NCBI GenBank assembly: GCA_963666365.2
Contig: CAXXNF010000002.1
Coordinates: 1 to 64,000, forward strand
Direction: 5' to 3'
DNA from: Syntrophales bacterium
Lineage (GTDB): Bacteria > Desulfobacterota > Syntrophia > Syntrophales > UBA2210
DNA length: 64,000 nucleotides
The notes under the pieces are model-generated. The model was not told where the DNA came from. It saw only the letters and a list, made by a program, of their open reading frames with translations, and searched no databases. Position 1 is the first letter of the stretch; the number at the start of each line of letters is the position of its first letter. Shown piece by piece: positions 1-12,000 of this stretch. Made by a program: the position numbers and the translations under genes.

Positions 1-3000
1 ACACCAGCACATCATTAAATAATGTCAGCTACCTGGAAGTGGGCGGTCATGTGAATAGTGCCTTCGCCGGCGTGGGGAGCATCGGCTTCGCACTCACCGG
101 CGTGGACTTCGGCATCCTCATGGTGGGGGACACGAAGGGCACCGCAGTGACCACCGACGACGTGAACTACATGGCGTTGAAGGCCGATGTGGCGAGCGCC
201 GGTCTCGTAGGGATCGACGGCCTCACCGCTGAAGTGACCACCCTCTCCGTAGAGGTGAACAAGACGAGCAGCCTCACGGCCCCGAACAGCGTCCTCGACT
301 TCGTGAACAGCGACGAGACGATCAACACCACCGACACCAACGCGGCCAGCGTGACCATCGCCACGGGCCCCGACACGGCCGACGTGGTGCTTGACATCGA
401 CGGCGACGAGGGGGTGCTGCTGGCGGTCATGACGAACCTGACCCTGGACGTCTTCGGCTTTGTCAGCCTCGACGGGAGCCTGGCCTTCAAGAAGGCCACA
501 GGGAGCTTCACCGTCACCGACGCCTCGACGCACACCTCCACCGCCCTGACCAATGTCAGCTACCTGGAAGTGGGCGGTCATGTGAATAGTGCCTTCGCCG
601 GCGTGGGGAGCATCGGCTTCGCACTCACCGGCGTGGACTTCGGCATCCTTATGGTGGGGGACACCAAGGGCACCGCAGTGACCACCGACGACGTGAACTA
701 CATGGCGTTGAAGGCGGACGTGGCGAGCGCCGGTCTCGTAGGGATCGACGGCCTGACCGCATCAGTAAATACTTTATCCGTAGAGGTGAACAAGACGAGC
801 AGCCTCACGGCCCCGAACAGCGTCCTCGACTTCGTGAACAGCGACGAGACGATCAACACCACCGACACCAACGCGGCCAGCGTGACCATCGCCACGGGCC
901 CCGACACGGCCGACGTGGTGCTTGACATCGACGGCGACGAGGGGGTGCTGCTGGCGGTCATGACGAACCTGACCCTGGACGTCTTCGGCTTTGTCAGCCT
1001 CGACGGGAGCCTGGCCTTCAAGAAGGCCACGGGAAGCTTCACCGTCACCGACGCATCGACGCACACCTCCACCGCCCTGACCAACGTCAGCTACCTCGAA
1101 GTGGGCGGTCATGTGAATAGTGCCTTCGCCGGCGTGGGGAGCATCGGCTTCGCACTCACCGGCGTGGACTTCGGCATCCTTATGGTGGGGGACACCAAGG
1201 GCACCGCAGTGACCACCGACGACGTGAACTACATGGCGTTGAAGGCCGATGTGGCGAGCGCCGGTCTCGTAGGGATCGACGGCCTGACCGCATCAGTAAA
1301 TACTTTATCCGTAGAGGTGAACAAGACGAGCAGCCTCACGGCCCCGAACAGCGTCCTCGACTTCGTGAACAGCGACGAGACGATCAACACCACCGACACC
1401 ACCGCGGCCAGCGTGACCATCGCCACGGGTCCCGACACGGCCGACGTGGTGCTTGACATCGACGGCGACGAGGGGGTGCTGCTGGCGGTCATGACGAACC
1501 TGACCCTGGACGTCTTCGGCTTTGTCAGCCTTGACGGGAGCCTCGCCTTCAAGAAGGCCACAGGGAGCTTCACCGTCACCGACGCCTCGACGCACACCAG
1601 CACATCATTAAATAATGTCAGCTACCTGGAAGTGGGCGGTCATGTGAATAGTGCCTTCGCCGGCGTGGGGAGCATCGGCTTCGCACTCACCGGCGTGGAC
1701 TTCGGCATCCTCATGGTGGGGGACACCAAGGGCACCGCAGTGACCACCGACGACGTGAACTACATGGCGTTGAAGGCGGACGTGGCGAGCGCCGGTCTCG
1801 TAGGGATCGACGGCCTCACCGCTGAAGTAAATACTTTATCCGTAGAGGTGAACAAGACGAGCAGCCTCACGGCCCCGAACAGCGTCCTCGACTTCGTGAA
1901 CAGCGACGAGACGATCAACACCACCGACACCACCGCGGCCAGCGTGACCATCGCCACGGGCCCCGACACGGCCGACGTGGTGCTTGACATCGACGGCGAC
2001 GAGGGGGTGCTGCTGGCGGTCATGACGAACCTGACCCTGGACGTCTTCGGCTTTGTCAGCCTCGACGGGAGCCTGGCCTTCAAGAAGGCCACAGGGAGCT
2101 TCACCGTCACCGACGCCTCGACGCACACCTCCACCGCCCTGACCAACGTCAGCTACCTCGAAGTGGGCGGTCATGTGAATAGTGCCTTCGCCGGCGTGGG
2201 GAGCATCGGCTTCGCACTCACCGGCGTGGACTTCGGCATCCTTATGGTGGGGGACACCAAGGGCACCGCAGTGACCACCGACGACGTGAACTACATGGCG
2301 TTGAAGGCCGATGTGGCGAGCGCCGGTCTCGTAGGGATCGACGGCCTGACCGCTGAAGTAAATACTTTATCCGTAGAGGTGAACAAGACGAGCAGCCTCA
2401 CGGCCCCGAACAGCGTCCTCGACTTCGTGAACAGCGACGAGACGATCAACACCACCGACACCAACGCGGCCAGCGTGACCATCGCCACGGGCCCCGACAC
2501 GGCCGATGTGGTGCTTGACATCGACGGCGACGAGGGGGTGCTGCTGGCGGTCATGACGAACCTGACCCTGGACGTCTTCGGCTTTGTCAGCCTCGACGGG
2601 AGCCTGGCCTTCAAGAAGGCCACGGGAAGCTTCACCGTCACCGACGCCTCGACGCACACCTCCACCGCCCTGACCAATGTCAGCTACCTGGAAGTGGGCG
2701 GTCATGTGAATAGTGCCTTCGCCGGCGTGGGGAGCATCGGCTTCGCACTCACCGGCGTGGACTTCGGCATCCTCATGGTGGGGGACACCAAGGGCACCGC
2801 AGTGACCACCGACGACGTGAACTACATGGCGTTGAAGGCGGACGTGGCGAGCGCCGGTCTCGTAGGGATCGACGGCCTCACCGCATGAAGTAAATACTTT
2901 ATCCGTAGAGGTGAACAAGACGAGCAGCCTCACGGCCCCGAACAGCGTCCTCGACTTCGTGAACAGCGACGAGACGATCAACACCACCGACACCACCGCG

Positions 3001-6000
3001 GCCAGCGTGACCATCGCCACGGGCCCCGACACGGCCGACGTGGTGCTTGACATCGACGGCGACGAGGGGGTGCTGCTGGCGGTCATGACGAACCTGACCC
3101 TGGACGTCTTCGGCTTTCGTCAGCCTCGACGGGAGCCTCGCCTTCAAGAAGGCCACAGGGAAGCTTCACCGTCACCGACGCATCGACGCACACCAGCACA
3201 TCATTAAATAATGTCAGCTACCTGGAAGTGGGCGGTCATGTGAATAGTGCCTTCGCCGGCGTGGGGAGCATCGGCTTCGCACTCACCGGCGTGGACTTCG
3301 GCATCCTCATGGTGGGGGACACCAAGGGCACCGCAGTGACCACCGACGACGTGAACTACATGGCGTTGAAGGCCGATGTGGCGAGCGCCGGTCTCGTAGG
3401 GATCGACGGCCTGACCGCTGAAGTAAATACTTTATCCGTAGAGGTGAACAAGACGAGCAGCCTCACGGCCCCGAACAGCGTCCTCGACTTCGTGAACAGC
3501 GACGAGACGATCAACACCACCGACACCACCGCGGCCAGCGTGACCATCGCCACGGGCCCCGACACGGCCGATGTGGTGCTTGACATCGACGGCGACGAGG
3601 GGGTGCTGCTGGCGGTCATGACGAACCTGACCCTGGACGTCTTCGGCTTTGTCAGCCTCGACGGGAGCCTCGCCTTCAAGAAGGCCACAGGGAGCTTCAC
3701 CGTCACCGACGCCTCGACGCACACCTCCACCGCCCTGACCAATGTCAGCTACCTGGAAGTGGGCGGTCATGTGAATAGTGCCTTCGCCGGCGTGGGGAGC
3801 ATCGGCTTCGCACTCACCGGCGTGGACTTCGGCATCCTCATGGTGGGGGACACGAAGGGCACCGCAGTGACCACCGACGACGTGAACTACATGGCGTTGA
3901 AGGCGGACGTGGCGAGCGCCGGTCTCGTAGGGATCGACGGCCTGACCGCTGAAGTAAATACTTTATCCGTAGAGGTGAACAAGACGAGCAGCCTCACGGC
4001 CCCGAACACCGTCCTCGACTTCGTGAACAGCGACGAGACGATCAACACCACCGACACCAACGCGGCCAGCGTGACCATCGCCACGGGTCCCGACACGGCC
4101 GACGTGGTGCTTGACATCGACGGCGACGAGGGGGTGCTGCTGGCGGTCATGACGAACCTGACCCTGGACGTCTTCGGTTTCGTCAGCCTTGACGGGAGCC
4201 TCGCCTTCAAGAAGGCCACGGGAAGCTTCACCGTCACCGACGCATCGACGCACACCAGCACATCATTAAATAATGTCAGCTACCTGGAAGTGGGCGGTCA
4301 TGTGAATAGTGCCTTCGCCGGCGTGGGGAGCATCGGCTTCGCACTCACCGGCGTGGACTTCGGCATCCTCATGGTGGGGGACACGAAGGGCACCGCAGTG
4401 ACCACCGACGACGTGAACTACATGGCGTTGAAGGCCGATGTGGCGAGCGCCGGTCTCGTAGGGATCGACGGCCTCACCGCTGAAGTAAATACTTTATCCG
4501 TAGAGGTGAACAAGACGAGCAGCCTCACGGCCCCGAACACCGTCCTCGACTTCGTGAACAGCGACGAGACGATCAACACCACCGACACCACCGCGGCCAG
4601 CGTGACCATCGCCACGGGCCCCGACACGGCCGACGTGGTGCTTGACATCGACGGCGACGAGGGGGTGCTGCTGGCGGTCATGACGAACCTGACCCTGGAC
4701 GTCTTCGGCTTTGTCAGCCTCGACGGGAGCCTGGCCTTCAAGAAGGCCACAGGGAGCTTCACCGTCACCGACGCCTCGACGCACACCAGCACATCATTAA
4801 ATAATGTCAGCTACCTGGAAGTGGGCGGTCATGTGAATAGTGCCTTCGCCGGCGTGGGGAGCATCGGCTTCGCACTCACCGGCGTGGACTTCGGCATCCT
4901 CATGGTGGGGGACACCAAGGGCACCGCAGTGACCACCGACGACGTGAACTACATGGCGTTGAAGGCCGATGTGGCGAGCGCCGGTCTCGTAGGGATCGAC
5001 GGCCTCACCGCATCAGTAAATACTTTATCCGTAGAGGTGAACAAGACGAGCAGCCTCACGGCCCCGAACACCGTCCTCGACTTCGTGAACAGCGACGAGA
5101 CGATCAACACCACCGACACCAACGCGGCCAGCGTGACCATCGCCACGGGCCCCGACACGGCCGACGTGGTGCTTGACATCGACGGCGACGAGGGGGTGCT
5201 GCTGGCGGTCATGACGAACCTGACCCTGGACGTCTTCGGCTTTGTCAGCCTTGACGGGAGCCTCGCCTTCAAGAAGGCCACAGGGAGCTTCACCGTCACC
5301 GACGCCTCGACGCACACCTCCACCGCCCTGACCAATGTCAGCTACCTGGAAGTGGGCGGTCATGTGAATAGTGCCTTCGCCGGCGTGGGGAGCATCGGCT
5401 TCGCACTCACCGGCGTGGACTTCGGCATCCTCATGGTGGGGGACACCAAGGGCACCGCAGTGACCACCGACGACGTGAACTACATGGCGTTGAAGGCCGA
5501 TGTGGCGAGCGCCGGTCTCGTAGGGATCGACGGCCTGACCGCTGAAGTGACCACCCTCTCCGTAGAGGTGAACAAGACGAGCAGCCTCACGGCCCCGAAC
5601 AGCGTCCTCGACTTCGTGAACAGCGACGAGACGATCAACACCACCGACACCAACGCGGCCAGCGTGACCATCGCCACGGGCCCCGACACGGCCGACGTGG
5701 TGCTTGACATCGACGGCGACGAGGGGGTGCTGCTGGCGGTCATGACGAACCTGACCCTGGACGTCTTCGGTTTCGTCAGCCTCGACGGGAGCCTCGCCTT
5801 CAAGAAGGCCACAGGGAGCTTCACCGTCACCGACGCCTCGACGCACACCTCCACCGCCCTGACCAATGTCAGCTACCTGGAAGTGGGCGGTCATGTGAAT
5901 AGTGCCTTCGCCGGCGTGGGGAGCATCGGCTTCGCACTCACCGGCGTGGACTTCGGCATCCTCATGGTGGGGGACACCAAGGGCACCGCAGTGACCACCG

Positions 6001-9000
6001 ACGACGTGAACTACATGGCGTTGAAGGCCGATGTGGCGAGCGCCGGTCTCGTAGGGATCGACGGCCTGACCGCTGAAGTAAATACTTTATCCGTAGAGGT
6101 GAACAAGACGAGCAGCCTCACGGCCCCGAACACCGTCCTCGACTTCGTGAACAGCGACGAGACGATCAACACCACCGACACCAACGCGGCCAGCGTGACC
6201 ATCGCCACGGGCCCCGACACGGCCGACGTGGTGCTTGACATCGACGGCGACGAGGGGGTGCTGCTGGCGGTCATGACGAACCTGACCCTGGACGTCTTCG
6301 GTTTCGTCAGCCTCGACGGGAGCCTCGCCTTCAAGAAGGCCACGGGAAGCTTCACCGTCACCGACGCCTCGACGCACACCTCCACCGCCCTGACCAATGT
6401 CAGCTACCTGGAAGTGGGCGGTCATGTGAATAGTGCCTTCGCCGGCGTGGGGAGCATCGGCTTCGCACTCACCGGCGTGGACTTCGGCATCCTCATGGTG
6501 GGGGACACCAAGGGCACCGCAGTGACCACCGACGACGTGAACTACATGGCGTTGAAGGCCGATGTGGCGAGCGCCGGTCTCGTAGGGATCGACGGCCTGA
6601 CCGCATCAGTAAATACTTTATCCGTAGAGGTGAACAAGACGAGCAGCCTCACGGCCCCGAACACCGTCCTCGACTTCGTGAACAGCGACGAGACGATCAA
6701 CACCACCGACACCAACGCGGCCAGCGTGACCATCGCCACGGGCCCCGACACGGCCGATGTGGTGCTTGACATCGACGGCGACGAGGGGGTGCTGCTGGCG
6801 GTCATGACGAACCTGACCCTGGACGTCTTCGGCTTTGTCAGCCTCGACGGGAGCCTCGCCTTCAAGAAGGCCACGGGAAGCTTCACCGTCACCGACGCCT
6901 CGACGCACACCTCCACCGCCCTGACCAATGTCAGCTACCTGGAAGTGGGCGGTCATGTGAATAGTGCCTTCGCCGGCGTGGGGAGCATCGGCTTCGCACT
7001 CACCGGCGTGGACTTCGGCATCCTCATGGTGGGGGACACCAAGGGCACCGCAGTGACCACCGACGACGTGAACTACATGGCGTTGAAGGCGGACGTGGCG
7101 AGCGCCGGTCTCGTAGGGATCGACGGCCTCACCGCTGAAGTAAATACTTTATCCGTAGAGGTGAACAAGACGAGCAGCCTCACGGCCCCGAACAGCGTCC
7201 TCGACTTCGTGAACAGCGACGAGACGATCAACACCACCGACACCAACGCGGCCAGCGTGACCATCGCCACGGGCCCCGACACGGCCGACGTGGTGCTTGA
7301 CATCGACGGCGACGAGGGGGTGCTGCTGGCGGTCATGACGAACCTGACCCTGGACGTCTTCGGTTTCGTCAGCCTCGACGGGAGCCTCGCCTTCAAGAAG
7401 GCCACGGGAAGCTTCACCGTCACCGACGCATCGACGCACACCTCCACCGCCCTGACCAACGTCAGCTACCTGGAAGTGGGCGGTCATGTGAATAGTGCCT
7501 TCGCCGGCGTGGGGAGCATCGGCTTCGCACTCACCGGCGTGGACTTCGGCATCCTTATGGTGGGGGACACCAAGGGCACCGCAGTGACCACCGACGACGT
7601 GAACTACATGGCGTTGAAGGCGGACGTGGCGAGCGCCGGTCTCGTAGGGATCGACGGCCTGACCGCTGAAGTAAATACTTTATCCGTAGAGGTGAACAAG
7701 ACGAGCAGCCTCACGGCCCCGAACACCGTCCTCGACTTCGTGAACAGCGACGAGACGATCAACACCACCGACACCAACGCGGCCAGCGTGACCATCGCCA
7801 CGGGTCCCGACACGGCCGACGTGGTGCTTGACATCGACGGCGACGAGGGGGTGCTGCTGGCGGTCATGACGAACCTGACCCTGGACGTCTTCGGTTTCGT
7901 CAGCCTTGACGGGAGCCTCGCCTTCAAGAAGGCCACGGGAAGCTTCACCGTCACCGACGCATCGACGCACACCAGCACATCATTAAATAATGTCAGCTAC
8001 CTGGAAGTGGGCGGTCATGTGAATAGTGCCTTCGCCGGCGTGGGGAGCATCGGCTTCGCACTCACCGGCGTGGACTTCGGCATCCTCATGGTGGGGGACA
8101 CCAAGGGCACCGCAGTGACCACCGACGACGTGAACTACATGGCGTTGAAGGCGGACGTGGCGAGCGCCGGTCTCGTAGGGATCGACGGCCTCACCGCTGA
8201 AGTAAATACTTTATCCGTAGAGGTGAACAAGACGAGCAGCCTCACGGCCCCGAACAGCGTCCTCGACTTCGTGAACAGCGACGAGACGATCAACACCACC
8301 GACACCACCGCGGCCAGCGTGACCATCGCCACGGGCCCCGACACGGCCGACGTGGTGCTTGACATCGACGGCGACGAGGGGGTGCTGCTGGCGGTCATGA
8401 CGAACCTGACCCTGGACGTCTTCGGCTTTGTCAGCCTCGACGGGAGCCTGGCCTTCAAGAAGGCCACAGGGAGCTTCACCGTCACCGACGCCTCGACGCA
8501 CACCTCCACCGCCCTGACCAACGTCAGCTACCTCGAAGTGGGCGGTCATGTGAATAGTGCCTTCGCCGGCGTGGGGAGCATCGGCTTCGCACTCACCGGC
8601 GTGGACTTCGGCATCCTTATGGTGGGGGACACCAAGGGCACCGCAGTGACCACCGACGACGTGAACTACATGGCGTTGAAGGCCGATGTGGCGAGCGCCG
8701 GTCTCGTAGGGATCGACGGCCTGACCGCTGAAGTAAATACTTTATCCGTAGAGGTGAACAAGACGAGCAGCCTCACGGCCCCGAACAGCGTCCTCGACTT
8801 CGTGAACAGCGACGAGACGATCAACACCACCGACACCAACGCGGCCAGCGTGACCATCGCCACGGGCCCCGACACGGCCGATGTGGTGCTTGACATCGAC
8901 GGCGACGAGGGGGTGCTGCTGGCGGTCATGACGAACCTGACCCTGGACGTCTTCGGCTTTGTCAGCCTCGACGGGAGCCTGGCCTTCAAGAAGGCCACGG

Positions 9001-12000
9001 GAAGCTTCACCGTCACCGACGCCTCGACGCACACCTCCACCGCCCTGACCAATGTCAGCTACCTGGAAGTGGGCGGTCATGTGAATAGTGCCTTCGCCGG
9101 CGTGGGGAGCATCGGCTTCGCACTCACCGGCGTGGACTTCGGCATCCTTATGGTGGGGGACACCAAGGGCACCGCAGTGACCACCGACGACGTGAACTAC
9201 ATGGCGTTGAAGGCCGATGTGGCGAGCGCCGGTCTCGTAGGGATCGACGGCCTGACCGCATCAGTAAATACTTTATCCGTAGAGGTGAACAAGACGAGCA
9301 GCCTCACGGCCCCGAACAGCGTCCTCGACTTCGTGAACAGCGACGAGACGATCAACACCACCGACACCACCGCGGCCAGCGTGACCATCGCCACGGGCCC
9401 CGACACGGCCGATGTGGTGCTTGACATCGACGGCGACGAGGGGGTGCTGCTGGCGGTCATGACGAACCTGACCCTGGACGTCTTCGGCTTTGTCAGCCTC
9501 GACGGGAGCCTCGCCTTCAAGAAGGCCACAGGGAGCTTCACCGTCACCGACGCCTCGACGCACACCAGCACATCATTAAATAATGTCAGCTACCTGGAAG
9601 TGGGCGGTCATGTGAATAGTGCCTTCGCCGGCGTGGGGAGCATCGGCTTCGCACTCACCGGCGTGGACTTCGGCATCCTCATGGTGGGGGACACGAAGGG
9701 CACCGCAGTGACCACCGACGACGTGAACTACATGGCGTTGAAGGCGGACGTGGCGAGCGCCGGTCTCGTAGGGATCGACGGCCTCACCGCTGAAGTAAAT
9801 ACTTTATCCGTAGAGGTGAACAAGACGAGCAGCCTCACGGCCCCGAACAGCGTCCTCGACTTCGTGAACAGCGACGAGACGATCAACACCACCGACACCA
9901 CCGCGGCCAGCGTGACCATCGCCACGGGTCCCGACACGGCCGACGTGGTGCTTGACATCGACGGCGACGAGGGGGTGCTGCTGGCGGTCATGACGAACCT
10001 GACCCTGGACGTCTTCGGCTTTGTCAGCCTTGACGGGAGCCTCGCCTTCAAGAAGGCCACAGGGAGCTTCACCGTCACCGACGCCTCGACGCACACCTCC
10101 ACCGCCCTGACCAATGTCAGCTACCTGGAAGTGGGCGGTCATGTGAATAGTGCCTTCGCCGGCGTGGGGAGCATCGGCTTCGCACTCACCGGCGTGGACT
10201 TCGGCATCCTTATGGTGGGGGACACCAAGGGCACCGCAGTGACCACCGACGACGTGAACTACATGGCGTTGAAGGCCGATGTGGCGAGCGCCGGTCTCGT
10301 AGGGATCGACGGCCTCACCGCATCAGTAAATACTTTATCCGTAGAGGTGAACAAGACGAGCAGCCTCACGGCCCCGAACAGCGTCCTCGACTTCGTGAAC
10401 AGCGACGAGACGATCAACACCACCGACACCACCGCGGCCAGCGTGACCATCGCCACGGGCCCCGACACGGCCGACGTGGTGCTTGACATCGACGGCGACG
10501 AGGGGGTGCTGCTGGCGGTCATGACGAACCTGACCCTGGACGTCTTCGGCTTTGTCAGCCTCGACGGGAGCCTCGCCTTCAAGAAGGCCACAGGGAGCTT
10601 CACCGTCACCGACGCCTCGACGCACACCTCCACCGCCCTGACCAACGTCAGCTACCTCGAAGTGGGCGGTCATGTGAATAGTGCCTTCGCCGGCGTGGGG
10701 AGCATCGGCTTCGCACTCACCGGCGTGGACTTCGGCATCCTCATGGTGGGGGACACGAAGGGCACCGCAGTGACCACCGACGACGTGAACTACATGGCGT
10801 TGAAGGCCGATGTGGCGAGCGCCGGTCTCGTAGGGATCGACGGCCTCACCGCTGAAGTGACCACCCTCTCCGTAGAGGTGAACAAGACGAGCAGCCTCAC
10901 GGCCCCGAACAGCGTCCTCGACTTCGTGAACAGCGACGAGACGATCAACACCACCGACACCAACGCGGCCAGCGTGACCATCGCCACGGGCCCCGACACG
11001 GCCGATGTGGTGCTTGACATCGACGGCGACGAGGGGGTGCTGCTGGCGGTCATGACGAACCTGACCCTGGACGTCTTCGGCTTTGTCAGCCTCGACGGGA
11101 GCCTGGCCTTCAAGAAGGCCACAGGGAGCTTCACCGTCACCGACGCCTCGACGCACACCTCCACCGCTGACCAATGTCAGCTACCTGGAAGTGGGCGGTC
11201 ATGTGAATAGTGCCTTCGCCGGCGTGGGGAGCATCGGCTTCGCACTCACCGGCGTGGACTTCGGCATCCTTATGGTGGGGGACACCAAGGGCACCGCAGT
11301 GACCACCGACGACGTGAACTACATGGCGTTGAAGGCGGACGTGGCGAGCGCCGGTCTCGTAGGGATCGACGGCCTGACCGCATCAGTAAATACTTTATCC
11401 GTAGAGGTGAACAAGACGAGCAGCCTCACGGCCCCGAACAGCGTCCTCGACTTCGTGAACAGCGACGAGACGATCAACACCACCGACACCAACGCGGCCA
11501 GCGTGACCATCGCCACGGGCCCCGACACGGCCGACGTGGTGCTTGACATCGACGGCGACGAGGGGGGTGCTGCTGGCGGTCATGACGAACCTGACCCTGG
11601 ACGTCTTCGGCTTTGTCAGCCTCGACGGGAGCCTGGCCTTCAAGAAGGCCACGGGAAGCTTCACCGTCACCGACGCATCGACGCACACCTCCACCGCCCT
11701 GACCAATGTCAGCTACCTGGAAGTGGGCGGTCATGTGAATAGTGCCTTCGCCGGCGTGGGGAGCATCGGCTTCGCACTCACCGGCGTGGACTTCGGCATC
11801 CTCATGGTGGGGGACACCAAGGGCACCGCAGTGACCACCGACGACGTGAACTACATGGCGTTGAAGGCCGATGTGGCGAGCGCCGGTCTCGTAGGGATCG
11901 ACGGCCTCACCGCTGAAGTAAATACTTTATCCGTAGAGGTGAACAAGACGAGCAGCCTCACGGCCCCGAACACCGTCCTCGACTTCGTGAACAGCGACGA

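Noticed and set aside
39..11545. Separate genes starting at the ORF-track starts 39, 3228, 11083 and 11543
   Set aside because: These are internal GTG/TTG codons inside repeat units, created by the window edge or by indels. There is no intergenic space or signal peptide.
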